This document shows positions 38,121 through 48,068 of a stretch of 64,000 nucleotides of DNA, piece after piece. The DNA is taken from NCBI GenBank assembly GCA_018817715.1, contig JAHITT010000006.1:75147-139146 (forward strand). Reading direction: 5' to 3'. A program made the translations under genes and the position numbers. Numbering within the stretch: the stretch's first letter is position 1; each line of letters begins with the position of its first letter. This stretch comes from Patescibacteria group bacterium (lineage in GTDB: Bacteria > Patescibacteriota > Patescibacteriia > Veblenbacterales > UBA10138). The notes below the pieces were generated by a model, which had not been told where the DNA came from, did not search any database, and worked only from the letters and a program-made list of their open reading frames with translations.

Positions 38121-38813
38121 TTAATGAGAGAAAATCACCTGATTAACCCTATCCCCTAAATGCTTATGCTTAATTGAGCCGCTAAAAGTCAGCCCTTTTA
38201 TAAAATCTTTATCTTGATGAATATTAATTACTGATTTATAATTTTCCGTTGACTCGTTCAAGGCTTTATAAAATTCTTCTGAAGCATAATCATTAACCAC
38301 ACACCCCACTTCCGGATTTTCTTTAATTTGTATCAGTTGATCAATGCTTTCAAAAACAGTTTTTTCCATTAAAGGTTGGACAACTTGACCCAACCCCTTA
38401 CTAAAATTAACTAATTTTAATCTCAAACTAATGCCTGATTCTGACATATAATACAAAGAATCTAAAACTGATTTGTTTAATGGTTCTTCTGTGCCACCAC
38501 CACTTAAAGAGTCTGTAGAAAACTTATATTTCCAAATATTTTGATTGTCTAAAAATTTTTCTATAGAAACTATATACTGTTGACAAAGACTTTCTTTTTG
38601 AATGCCCGAGCCAGTTAATTTAGCGTTGTGATTATAGTCTTTTATTAAATTGTTTAAAGAATCTTGAATGTCTTTTAACTTTTTTAAATCATCAACCGAA
38701 ATTACCTCATTTTTAAAAGGGTATTTACTTATTTCAGAAAATTCTTGTTCTTGTTTATTTTTAAATTGACCAAACGCCTGAGCAAACCCTGAATCTGGCG
38801 CAAAACTGTTCAT
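38121..38813 (-). CDS. hypothetical protein
   Basis: 230 aa ORF within the operon; no motif recognised. Confidence 0.4.
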   Translation of the reverse strand: MNSFAPDSGFAQAFGQFKNKQEQEFSEISKYPFKNEVISVDDLKKLKDIQDSLNNLIKDYNHNAKLTGSGIQKESLCQQYIVSIEKFLDNQNIWKYKFSTDSLSGGGTEEPLNKSVLDSLYYMSESGISLRLKLVNFSKGLGQVVQPLMEKTVFESIDQLIQIKENPEVGCVVNDYASEEFYKALNESTENYKSVINIHQDKDFIKGLTFSGSIKHKHLGDRVNQVIFSH

Positions 38814-38827
38814 AAAATTAAACTTTA

Positions 38828-40312
38828 TTAATTATCTCTCATTGGCGGGAACAAGACAGTTTCTCGTATTGGTTTATCAACAATAAAACTAAAGAGTCTT
38901 TCTGAAAAACCAAAGCCAGCCGCCGGTGGCATACCATACTCTAAAGCTTCAATGAAATCATTATCCAACATCATTGCTTCATTATCGCCACCCTCTCTTA
39001 ATTTCATTTGCTCGGCAAACCTTTGTCTTTGTTCTTTAGGATCATTAAGTTCGCTAAAACCATTACCTAACTCAGAACCAGCCACAATTATTTGCAATCT
39101 TTCCACCCGATCAGGCATAGTCCGATGTGCTTTAGCCAAAGGTGAAACCTCCAACGGATGATTTATCAAAAATAACGGGCCCACTACTTTAGGGCGAACT
39201 AATTTTTTCCAAAATAAATCAATCAAACGCCCAGCACCCATACTATCTTCATAGCGAATTTTGTTTTTTTCTAATAATTTACGCAAATCTTCCACCTTGG
39301 TTACCCCAGCTAAATCCTCCCCTGTATACTCTTTAATAATTTCAAAATAATCTTTTTTCGGCCAATCGCCAGACCAATCTATTTCTCGGCCATCATAAGT
39401 AGTGATTAAACCACCACTAACGGCCTGAACAATAGCCTGATACATTTTTTGCGTAAAAACCAACAAATCCTCATAATCCGCATAAGCCCAATAAAATTCA
39501 CACATGGTATAATCCTGTAAATGTTCGGTATCTATGCCTTCGTTGCGAAAAACTTTACCAATTTCAAAAACCTTACCAAAACCACCGACCAATAAACGTT
39601 TTAGTGGTAATTCCAAAGAAATGCGCAAATAAAAATCTCGATCTAAAGCATCGTGATGAGTAATAAAAGGACTGGCGTCGGCTCCACCGGCAATAGTTTC
39701 CAAAGCTGGCGTATCCACCTCCATAAAGTCAGCCGCTTGCAACCAAGTCCGGGCTGTTTGCCAAAATAAAGACTTTTTTTTAAAAATTTCTCTTGTCTCC
39801 TCTGACATCATTAAATCTAAATAACGCCGCCTTAATCTTTGTTCTACATCTTTTAAGCCATGCCATTTTTCCGGCAAAATCTGTAAACCTTTAGCCAGAG
39901 GAATTAATTCACTAACTAAAACAGTCAATTCACCACGTCGGCTTTTTACTAAAACACCCACGACACCAATTATATCTCCCCGATCTAAATTCTCGGCTAA
40001 TTGCCAAAATTTTTGATTAACTATTTTTTCCACCAAAGCAATTTGCAAACTACCGGTTTCGTCCTGCAAAGTAGCAAACCACAATGAACCATGCGATCGC
40101 AAGGTCATTAAACGACCAGCTGTTGTAAAAATTTGACCCCTAACTGCTTCGCCAGTTAATAAAGGTATTTCCTGTTCAAAAGCTTGGCTACGAATATCGG
40201 CTATGGTCTGTTGTCTTTTAAAATCACTAGGATATTGCTTAAAACCCAAATCCTGCCAAGTTTTTAGCTTGGCCTGACGACTTTTTAATTCTTGATCTTG
40301 GCGTATAGACAT
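38828..40312 (-). CDS. lysS: lysyl-tRNA synthetase, class II
   Basis: OB-fold N-terminus; FRNEG, ELGNGFSELNDP and GFGFSERL motifs. Confidence 0.92.
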   Translation of the reverse strand: MSIRQDQELKSRQAKLKTWQDLGFKQYPSDFKRQQTIADIRSQAFEQEIPLLTGEAVRGQIFTTAGRLMTLRSHGSLWFATLQDETGSLQIALVEKIVNQKFWQLAENLDRGDIIGVVGVLVKSRRGELTVLVSELIPLAKGLQILPEKWHGLKDVEQRLRRRYLDLMMSEETREIFKKKSLFWQTARTWLQAADFMEVDTPALETIAGGADASPFITHHDALDRDFYLRISLELPLKRLLVGGFGKVFEIGKVFRNEGIDTEHLQDYTMCEFYWAYADYEDLLVFTQKMYQAIVQAVSGGLITTYDGREIDWSGDWPKKDYFEIIKEYTGEDLAGVTKVEDLRKLLEKNKIRYEDSMGAGRLIDLFWKKLVRPKVVGPLFLINHPLEVSPLAKAHRTMPDRVERLQIIVAGSELGNGFSELNDPKEQRQRFAEQMKLREGGDNEAMMLDNDFIEALEYGMPPAAGFGFSERLFSFIVDKPIRETVLFPPMRDN

Positions 40313-40415
40313 AAGTTAAAGATATGGCTAATTTTACCCTTTATTTAGCGGCTTGGCAAACTAAAACAAGCCATCTTAAAAAACTAAAGATGATTAAAAA
40401 AATATTCAACAATTA

Positions 40416-40886
40416 TTAACTTATTTTAGTAATTTTATAAATCACTCGACCAACTGGCAAACTAACCTCTACTTTATCTCCCACCTTGCGCCCTAAAAAA
40501 GCCTGGCCCAAAGGTGATTCATTGGAAATTAAACCCATTACTGGGTTAGCCTCATTGGAACCCACAATAGTGTATTCTTTATCACCCTGAGGAGAAGTAA
40601 AAGCCACTTTGGAACCAACCTGCACCTCATCACCGCCGGTTGAATCTGGTATAACCTCAACATTTTTTAAAATATTCTCCAACTCAATTATTTTACCCTC
40701 AATAAAGCCTTGTTCAGTCTTAGCTTCCACGTACTCGGCATTTTCCGACAAATCTCCTAATTCTTTAGCCTCTTGAATGCGCCAAGCAATTTCCTTACGC
40801 TTAATTGTTTTAAGCTCCTTTAATTCAATTTTAATTTTCTGCAAACCGTCTTTAGTGACGTAATTTTGTCCATTATTATTTGTCAT
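40416..40886 (-). CDS. greA: transcription elongation factor GreA
   Basis: A.E.GDLSENAEY coiled-coil motif and SPLGQAFLGRKVGD C-terminal domain. Confidence 0.9.
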   Translation of the reverse strand: MTNNNGQNYVTKDGLQKIKIELKELKTIKRKEIAWRIQEAKELGDLSENAEYVEAKTEQGFIEGKIIELENILKNVEVIPDSTGGDEVQVGSKVAFTSPQGDKEYTIVGSNEANPVMGLISNESPLGQAFLGRKVGDKVEVSLPVGRVIYKITKIS

Positions 40887-40957
40887 AATATATACAATCT
40901 AAAAACCGGCTCTAAATTTATACTACTTAAAAATGGCCGGTCATTAAGAATAGCTAA

Positions 40958-40986
40958 AAGATACTGGTCGACACTTATTTTGTCAA
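40958..40986 (-). promoter_or_regulatory. sigma-70-like promoter for greA
   Basis: On the - strand: TTGACA, 17-nt spacer, TATCTT; about 65 nt upstream of the greA ATG. Confidence 0.5.
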
Positions 40987-41008
40987 GATTTAATAAATAC
41001 CAAGATGC

Positions 41009-42961
41009 TTAAATTTCTGAATCTAAAAAATCAGAGCCAGTAGGTGCATTAGAAAAATATTCGGCCATCATTTTACGCACAATTGGCACAGCTACACTAG
41101 AACCTTCTCCACCTTGCTCCACCATAGCCACCACTAATAAAGTTGGCTTATCATAAGGCGCATAACCCATAAACCAAGCATGGGTTAAGGTCTGACTACC
41201 GGTTTGAGCCGTACCGGTTTTACCAGCCGCTTTAACCGGCAAACTATTCAAATACCTAGCACTACCATCGGTAACGGTTTGCCTCATACCTTTTTGAACA
41301 ATTTGTAGAATTTCATCACTTAAACCAAAATCTTCCATTTCTGTAACAGGTGTTTGTTGTGTCCGACGGTCCGGCCAAACTATTTCTTTTAGTAAATGAG
41401 GTTTTTTAATTCGACCATTAGTAACCAAGGCTGAATAATTAACAGCTAACTGCAAAGGGGTAACCAATAAATCACCTTGACCAATAGAAATATTATAAGT
41501 ATCACCTTTATACCAACGCTCATTTAATTTATCTAACTTCCATAAAGGGGTTGGAATAAAACCCAACCTTTCACCAGGTAAATCTATGTTTCTTGGTTGC
41601 GAAAAACCAAATTTTTCCAAATAAGCGGTCAAACGACTTATACCTAAACCGCTGTCTGCTTCACCACCGCCACCCAACAAATAAAAAAAAGTATTAACAG
41701 ATTCAGCAATCGCCTTATAGACATTAACTAAACCATGCCCACCGGCTTTCCAATCAGCAAAATATTGATCTCCCAGACGAACCCCTCCACTACTAAAAAA
41801 AGTAGTTTGCTCGGTTATAACACCTTCCTTTAAACCAGCGGCTGCCCAAAAAGGTTTAATAGTGGAACCAGGCGGATACTCGCCAGCCAAAACTCTATTA
41901 AATAAAGGTTTGGTTTGATCTTTAAGCAAATCCCTAATTTTATTATTATCACGATTAATAGTAAAAATATTAGGATTATAACTAGGATAACTAACCAGGG
42001 CTAAAATTTCACCGGTTTGCGGATTTAAAGCTACCACACTGCCACCTTTTTTAGCTGGACTAGCCGCCTCTTTTAAAGACTCATAAGCAACTTTTTGTAA
42101 GCCGGCCTCTACTGTTAAAACCAATTTAGCGCCCGGCACAGAAGCTTGGGCGGCATAAATTTTTCTTTCTTTCCCAAAAGCATCCACTTCCACTTGTTTT
42201 TTCCCAGGCTGACCGCGTAAAGCCTCTTCATATTGCATTTCTAAACCAGCTTGACCTATATAATCATTTATTTGATAACCTTGATTTTTTAAATCAGTAT
42301 ATTGTTGAGCAGAAATTTTTCCTACATAACCCAATAAATGAGCAAAAGATTCACCAGACAAATAATCTCGAATATTGCTAGGCTCAACTCTTAAGCCTTG
42401 GTAATCACGGCTAACCACCATAAGTTTTAAAGCCAAATCATGAGGAATATTTTGGGCAATAATAACCGGTAAATAAGAAAAAGTAGACAAATCAACTAAT
42501 TCATCTTTATCAATGTATTCAGCTGGCACCGAAGCCAAAATCTCGTTTAAAAATTGCTGACGAACAGTTTCATCGCGTGGCATATCAGCTGGAATAGCCA
42601 CCACGCTAAAAGTAGAATTATTCCGTATTAAAGGTTGGCCCTGCCGATCGGTAATCAAGCCTCGTTGAGCGCTAATTATTTCTAACCTAATACGGTTACC
42701 CTCAGCCACGCTACGCCACCTTTGGCCTTGCCAACCTTGTAAATAAAAAAGTTTTATAAAAAATATAAACAAAACTAAAGCCACAGCCACAGCCAAAACC
42801 ATAGGCACGGCCTGACTAATAACTCGTCGCAAAGTACCAACACCGCTTTCTCCCAAAGTAGTACCCTCTAATCTGCGCCAACTAAAACCAGTCACCTTAC
42901 GGTCCTTTATGTTACCGCCATATTCTTTTATAACAAAGGGATCACGACGCCAATTAGACAT
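41009..42961 (-). CDS. mrdA: penicillin-binding protein 2 (elongasome transpeptidase)
   Basis: N-terminal TM helix; STIKP (SxxK), SVN and KTGTA motifs; mreBCD-mrdA synteny. Confidence 0.85.
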   Translation of the reverse strand: MSNWRRDPFVIKEYGGNIKDRKVTGFSWRRLEGTTLGESGVGTLRRVISQAVPMVLAVAVALVLFIFFIKLFYLQGWQGQRWRSVAEGNRIRLEIISAQRGLITDRQGQPLIRNNSTFSVVAIPADMPRDETVRQQFLNEILASVPAEYIDKDELVDLSTFSYLPVIIAQNIPHDLALKLMVVSRDYQGLRVEPSNIRDYLSGESFAHLLGYVGKISAQQYTDLKNQGYQINDYIGQAGLEMQYEEALRGQPGKKQVEVDAFGKERKIYAAQASVPGAKLVLTVEAGLQKVAYESLKEAASPAKKGGSVVALNPQTGEILALVSYPSYNPNIFTINRDNNKIRDLLKDQTKPLFNRVLAGEYPPGSTIKPFWAAAGLKEGVITEQTTFFSSGGVRLGDQYFADWKAGGHGLVNVYKAIAESVNTFFYLLGGGGEADSGLGISRLTAYLEKFGFSQPRNIDLPGERLGFIPTPLWKLDKLNERWYKGDTYNISIGQGDLLVTPLQLAVNYSALVTNGRIKKPHLLKEIVWPDRRTQQTPVTEMEDFGLSDEILQIVQKGMRQTVTDGSARYLNSLPVKAAGKTGTAQTGSQTLTHAWFMGYAPYDKPTLLVVAMVEQGGEGSSVAVPIVRKMMAEYFSNAPTGSDFLDSEI

Positions 42962-43460
42962 AATTAAAAGTTTTTTTAAATTTAACTTTATACCAACCTA
43001 TTATACTCAAAATTATTAAAACTCCGGCAATATAGCCCAACCAACTTAACCAAGATAACCAACTAAAAGACACTGGCAAAAAATAATCAAAACCCAAACG
43101 CCAACCTAACCACATCACACCCCAACGAATCAGCCGCCAACTAATAACCCAAGCAAACATATTAAGTGCCCGACCTAAATTAGAAGATTCGGCTAAAAAA
43201 TCTTCAATAAATTGACGATAAATTATGCCGGATAAAAAAGCGGCTATAGTATAAACCGGCCAATTAGAAAAAGTTATAACATCTATTAAAAAACTGGCTA
43301 CTAATAAAGCCGTCCAAGGTTTTAAAAAACCCATTTGCCAAACTAAATAAATTGGCCAAGCTAACAATACAGCATCAGCCAACAGCGGATTAAAAGTGGC
43401 TAAAGCTTGGCGCACTAACCATAAAACAATCCCGAATATAATATTAAACCACCAAGACAT
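42954..43460 (-). CDS. mreD: rod-shape protein MreD (by position and topology)
   Basis: 168 aa polytopic membrane protein between mreC and mrdA. Confidence 0.55.
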   Translation of the reverse strand: MSWWFNIIFGIVLWLVRQALATFNPLLADAVLLAWPIYLVWQMGFLKPWTALLVASFLIDVITFSNWPVYTIAAFLSGIIYRQFIEDFLAESSNLGRALNMFAWVISWRLIRWGVMWLGWRLGFDYFLPVSFSWLSWLSWLGYIAGVLIILSIIGWYKVKFKKTFNYV

Positions 43461-43466
43461 AATAGC

Positions 43467-44279
43467 TTATGGTTTTTTTAAAACGTAAAGATATTTAAAA
43501 CGGTCTAATTTAACTGGCGGAGTTACCACAGCCGATTTAAAAAAGGATCCTTCGTTAGCCTCAATAGCCGAAACCACTCCCAACAAAAGACCGCTCGGTA
43601 ATTGCGGATCAGTATTACTAGTCACAGCTAACTCTCCTACCTCCACCGACTGATCCTGAGGTAAATAACGAATACGTAAAGCTAAATTATATTCACCCAC
43701 TGCTAAACCCTGAGTACGACTATCATTTAAGACTTGGGAAACTAAACGACTATTAGGGCTAGTAGTTAAAATAAAACCAGCTGTTTTTTCATTAACACTT
43801 TTTATAGTACCTACTAATAATCCACCGTAAGAACCTTCATTAGTTTTAAGTCCAGCGACCACAGCCAAACCAGGCTGTAAATTCTGTTGCTGACCAGCGT
43901 TTATTAAATATAATGTCCCACTATCATCGCTTTGTCGCCCAAGCACTTCAACAGCTTGAGCTTGCCAATCTAAAGGTTTAGATAAATTCAGTAAAGATTT
44001 TAATTCAACGTTATCTTTTTTTAATTGTTCTTTGTCCGCCTCTAAAAAAGATAACCCAGCTACCTGATCTATTAATTCGTTATTCTGTTTTTTTAGTTCT
44101 TGAGCTTTTAAAAATACCCCAAACCAATCAACCGTCCGGCTCCAAGTGGTAACCACTGGAACAGTAACATATTGAAATGTACCAACTATAAAACCCCAAA
44201 CATAAGGATTGGCTAAAAGAAAAATAATCAGTAAAGCCGCTCCTATTTTACCTAAGCGGCGCCCTAAACTAACTGGCAT
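43467..44279 (-). CDS. mreC: rod-shape protein MreC
   Basis: TM helix, coiled coil (LKKDNVELKSLL) and beta-barrel repeats ending G.LLG.V. Confidence 0.75.
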   Translation of the reverse strand: MPVSLGRRLGKIGAALLIIFLLANPYVWGFIVGTFQYVTVPVVTTWSRTVDWFGVFLKAQELKKQNNELIDQVAGLSFLEADKEQLKKDNVELKSLLNLSKPLDWQAQAVEVLGRQSDDSGTLYLINAGQQQNLQPGLAVVAGLKTNEGSYGGLLVGTIKSVNEKTAGFILTTSPNSRLVSQVLNDSRTQGLAVGEYNLALRIRYLPQDQSVEVGELAVTSNTDPQLPSGLLLGVVSAIEANEGSFFKSAVVTPPVKLDRFKYLYVLKKP

Positions 44280-44294
44280 AATTTTTATTGTCCA

Positions 44295-45332
44295 TTATTT
44301 AGTGGAAGGCAATAATAAATCCCTAGTATGTTCAATATCATCCAAAATAACTCCAGCCCCGCGCACCACAGCGGTTAAAGGATCGTCGATTACTTGAATC
44401 GGTATAGCCAATTCACCAGCCAACAATTTGTCCAAACCTTTAAGTAAAGAACCCCCGCCAGTCATAACGATACCTCTTTCATAAATATCAGCTACTAATT
44501 CAGGCGGGGTGTTTTCAATAGTCGATTTAACATTTTCCACCATAGCCCGAAAAATCTTTTGTAATGATTCACGAACTTGCGTATCATTAATAACCACTTC
44601 CCTGGGTAAACCAGTCATTAAATCGCGTCCCCTAATTCGCATTTCTATTGGTTCGTCTAGGGCTACAGCACTGCCTATTTTCATTTTTATTTCTTCAGCT
44701 GTCCTATCGCCCAACAATAAATTAAAATGATCACGAACAAATTGAACTATATTGTCCGTCATTTCATCACCAGCAATACGCAAAGAGCGTGACATTACCA
44801 CGCCACCCAAAGAAATAACAGCAATCTCGGTAGTGCCGCCGCCAATGTCAATAATCAACTGACCGGTAGCATCCCTGACTGGCAAACGCGCGCCCAAAGC
44901 CGCCGCCATTGGTTCTTCTATTAACAAAACTTCCCTGGCTCCGGCCGACTGTGCAGCATCTTCCACTGCTTTGCGTTCCACTTCAGTAACATCCAAAGGA
45001 ATGCCTATGACTACGCGGGGCCGGGGGGAAATGGCATAACTTTCTTTATGCACGCGATCAATAAAATACTTAAGCATTTTTTCGGTAACTTCAAAATCCG
45101 AAATTACCCCGCCAACCAATGGCCTGGTGGCCACAATATGCGGTGGAGTTTTGCCTATCATTTTTTTGGCATCATGACCAACGGCCACAATTTGATCGGT
45201 TCTGGTGTTTATAGCCACCACCGAAGGTTCGTTTACGACTATCCCTTTATCCTTAACATAAACCAAGGTATTAGCCGTACCCAAATCAATTGCTATATCG
45301 CGGGAAAATCTACCCAAGAAAGACTTAAACAT
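44295..45332 (-). CDS. mreB: rod-shape actin homologue MreB
   Basis: DLGTANTLVY, IDIGGGTTEIAV and MTGGGSLL motifs. Confidence 0.92.
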   Translation of the reverse strand: MFKSFLGRFSRDIAIDLGTANTLVYVKDKGIVVNEPSVVAINTRTDQIVAVGHDAKKMIGKTPPHIVATRPLVGGVISDFEVTEKMLKYFIDRVHKESYAISPRPRVVIGIPLDVTEVERKAVEDAAQSAGAREVLLIEEPMAAALGARLPVRDATGQLIIDIGGGTTEIAVISLGGVVMSRSLRIAGDEMTDNIVQFVRDHFNLLLGDRTAEEIKMKIGSAVALDEPIEMRIRGRDLMTGLPREVVINDTQVRESLQKIFRAMVENVKSTIENTPPELVADIYERGIVMTGGGSLLKGLDKLLAGELAIPIQVIDDPLTAVVRGAGVILDDIEHTRDLLLPSTK

Positions 45333-45371
45333 ACAGCCTAATTCTATCTGATGCTAAGCCTTATGTCCAGA

Positions 45372-46619
45372 CTAAGATTGAACACTAAATTTATTCAGTA
45401 CTTCCGACACTGTCAGCAAAATACTTTCCTGAGAATTTCTAGCTTTTAATTCTACTTTGGGCAAGTTTTTTTGCCCAACTATAACTCGCCAAGGCATACC
45501 CAACAAATCAGCATCTTTAAATTTAACCCCGGCTGATTCATCCCGATCATCATATAATACCTCCACTCCGGCCTTACTTAGTAAAGTATATAATTCTTGG
45601 GCTGATTGACTAACACCAGCCTCTTTACCCAAATTAAGCAAATGAATTTTAAAAGGCGCCACTGCTTCCGGCCACATAATTCCCGCCTCGTCATTAAAAA
45701 CTTCTACAATCGTACCCATTACCCGCCCGGGCCCAATACCATAAGAAGCCATAATAACCGGTTTTAACTCGCCGGCTTCATCGCTGTAATAAAGTTTAAG
45801 GCTTTCGGAAAATTTAGTGCCTAATTTAAATATATTTCCAACTTCAACGCTCTTGCCTTTAAGCAACTTGGTTTGGTGGCAATTAACACACTCTTCACCT
45901 GCCTGGCCTTTGGCTACTTCTAAATTCTGAGCATAGCTACAATTTGGACAATAAATTACGTAATCCTCACCCGCTTCAGTTAAAACCTGAAATTCATGGG
46001 AATATTTTTTAGTAAAAGCCCCACCCGAAGCTTCCACCACTAAAGCCTTAAGTCCACAACGTTCAAAAACTTTTAAATAAGTTTGTTTAACTTTTTCATA
46101 ATAAGCATCCAAATCCTCTTCCGTAGTATGAAAACTGTATAGATCCTTCATAACAAATTCCCGGGTACGCATAATGCCCGATTTAGCCCTGGGCTCATTG
46201 CGGAATTTGGTCTGCAATTGATAAACGTATTTAGGCAAATCACGATAAGAACTGATAAAACGTTTGGCAATTTGCGTTATGGGCTCTTCATGAGTCCAAG
46301 CCAGCCCCACACTGGCACCTGATTTTTCTTCAAATTTATACATTATTTCTTCCGGCGTTACCCAACGATCAGTTGTTTGCCATAATTCTTTGGGTTGCAA
46401 AGAAGTCATAACCAATTCTTGGCCACCCACGGCATTCATTTCTTCCCTAATAATCTGGCAAATCTTATTAAAAACCCTTAAACCCAAAGGCAAATAACTA
46501 TAAGCGCCAGACATTTGCTTGTCTATGTAACCGGCCTGGGTTAATAAACGGGCATTAGTTGATTGTTCTTCACTGGCCACTTGCCGAGCGGTTTTACTGA
46601 ATAATTGTGATTGCAACAT
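45372..46619 (-). CDS. proS: prolyl-tRNA synthetase, INS-less form with a 4-Cys insertion
   Basis: Motif 2 FRNEPRAKSGIMRTREFVMKDLYSFH; motif 3 GIGPGRVMG; C-terminal HGTP anticodon-binding domain; CPNC..x18..CVNC in place of the editing domain. Confidence 0.8.
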   Translation of the reverse strand: MLQSQLFSKTARQVASEEQSTNARLLTQAGYIDKQMSGAYSYLPLGLRVFNKICQIIREEMNAVGGQELVMTSLQPKELWQTTDRWVTPEEIMYKFEEKSGASVGLAWTHEEPITQIAKRFISSYRDLPKYVYQLQTKFRNEPRAKSGIMRTREFVMKDLYSFHTTEEDLDAYYEKVKQTYLKVFERCGLKALVVEASGGAFTKKYSHEFQVLTEAGEDYVIYCPNCSYAQNLEVAKGQAGEECVNCHQTKLLKGKSVEVGNIFKLGTKFSESLKLYYSDEAGELKPVIMASYGIGPGRVMGTIVEVFNDEAGIMWPEAVAPFKIHLLNLGKEAGVSQSAQELYTLLSKAGVEVLYDDRDESAGVKFKDADLLGMPWRVIVGQKNLPKVELKARNSQESILLTVSEVLNKFSVQS

Positions 46620-46687
46620 ATTCTAAGGCTAGCAAACTAAACCACAAAAGACAACTTTTGTTAACTATAATCAACTTTATTTAAAAA

Positions 46688-46831
46688 TTAAAATTTTCCC
46701 CTTTTGTACCAGGCCATTAACAACAACACAACAGCCGCCAAAAGCAACCAAGAAGTAACTGTCCAATCTACAAAAGCCACAAATAACATTAAAACTATGG
46801 CGCTGGCGGTAAAAATTTGATCTTTAGGCAT
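46688..46831 (-). CDS. possible 47-aa membrane peptide (below the ORF-track cut-off)
   Basis: MPKDQIFTASAIVLMLFVAFVDWTVTSWLLLAAVVLLLMAWYKRGKF; starts 4 nt after the upstream stop codon. Confidence 0.3.
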   Translation of the reverse strand: MPKDQIFTASAIVLMLFVAFVDWTVTSWLLLAAVVLLLMAWYKRGKF

Positions 46832-46835
46832 AAAA

Positions 46836-47201
46836 TTAATCAAAAATAATTTTTTCCAAAGCATTTAATTTTTCTTGAAACTCAATCATTATTTCCTCAG
46901 GTATTTTATCAACAAACCCGCTATATTTTTTAGCCCTATCTTCGACCCATTGACGCATTGTTTCTAATTGCATTTTAACTGTTTCATAAACATTCGGATC
47001 CAATTCCCCTTGAGCTGCTTGCAAATGTAAAAAAATAGCGTCAAAGCTAGTAATAAAACAATCCGCTAAATTATAAGCCGGTAAACCTTCTGGAGACTTT
47101 GGCCTATTATAAAATTCCATTTGGGCGGCGGCTGGAGTTTGTTTAAAAACATTACGCAACGCTTCTAATTTATTTTTTTCTGCTAAAGGTTCTTTTTCCA
47201 T
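46836..47201 (-). CDS. hypothetical helical protein
   Basis: 121 aa; no motif recognised. Confidence 0.4.
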   Translation of the reverse strand: MEKEPLAEKNKLEALRNVFKQTPAAAQMEFYNRPKSPEGLPAYNLADCFITSFDAIFLHLQAAQGELDPNVYETVKMQLETMRQWVEDRAKKYSGFVDKIPEEIMIEFQEKLNALEKIIFD

Positions 47202-47347
47202 AAATTAAAGCAACTATCAAGAATAAACTCTCTGCTACTGTAGTTTAATACCTAAACCGCTTGCTTGACAAACTAGTGTAGAACAATCTTATTAAACCTT
47301 ACTCTAAGCTTAAAAATAATTTACCTAATTTACCTGTTCCACAACCC

Positions 47348-47375
47348 TTGACTTTCTCACCTCTAATTATATATT
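47348..47375 (+). promoter_or_regulatory. sigma-70-like promoter TTGACT, 16-nt spacer, TATATT
   Basis: Read directly from the sequence; no protein-coding gene lies downstream on the + strand. Confidence 0.45.
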
Positions 47376-47382
47376 TAACTGT

Positions 47383-47592
47383 TATTTAACAATCAAGTTT
47401 TGTGCTTAATAACTTGGAGGGGAGACAAAATTAATTGTGCTGGTCTGTTTAGCTGGTACTAACTAGCTCTAACCAGAGGTCAATTAATTCGAAACAGTGA
47501 TCTTTGGATCAAAACTGTTTCCTAAGTTCTCCTCCAGATTAATAAATTCAAACCATAAATATCCAGCTTACTACAAGCTGGATATTTTATTC
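47383..47592 (+). ncRNA. candidate structured small RNA, unknown family
   Basis: The promoter above; P1 47406-25/47527-45; P2 47440-76 (tetraloop ACTA); P3 47491-47521; AATTAATT in both junction strands. Two G-T wobble pairs are valid only on the + strand. A 12-bp terminal hairpin lies at 47558-86. Confidence 0.3.
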
Positions 47593-48068
47593 AATAATCT
47601 TTTCCGGTATTCCATTTCTATTAACCAAATAGCTAAACAATCAAAAATTATAAAACCAGCCAACCACCAAGTTGGCCTAATTAACCAATGATACGCTTGG
47701 TATGTTAATATAATAGCCAAAAATAATTCATACCAACGGTAAGACCAAAGCCAGCCACGATAAACAGCTGCCGATAGCACTATTTTAGCTGAGCCCTGTA
47801 ATAAAAAATATACAGCCAAAAAAAACTGCACTTTAAAAGAAATATGGCTGGAAAGATTGGTTAAATAATTGGCTATAAAATCTGATGGATCTTCAGCTAA
47901 TTCCCGCCAAAATAACCAACCCACTAAACCCACAATCGATCCGGTCGGGTTAAACCAAAGTATTAAGCCGGCAAATAATTCAGCCAAACCTTCCAAAGAT
48001 TTACTAATAATCGTAATATCAAACAAACCGTGTAAAACCTTATAAAGCCTGGCTTTTTTCTTAATCAT
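47571..48068 (-). CDS. four-TM membrane protein (DUF2127-like, tentative)
   Basis: 165 aa with a hydrophobic helix pattern; family assigned from memory only. Confidence 0.45.
   Translation of the reverse strand: MIKKKARLYKVLHGLFDITIISKSLEGLAELFAGLILWFNPTGSIVGLVGWLFWRELAEDPSDFIANYLTNLSSHISFKVQFFLAVYFLLQGSAKIVLSAAVYRGWLWSYRWYELFLAIILTYQAYHWLIRPTWWLAGFIIFDCLAIWLIEMEYRKRLLNKISSL

Noticed and set aside
47497-47691. A 64-aa + strand ORF (GTG start) spanning the candidate sRNA 3' part and the end of the convergent membrane-protein gene.
   Set aside because: It has no ribosome-binding context, overlaps a better-supported - strand gene and runs through the 12-bp hairpin. The region is better explained as non-coding.
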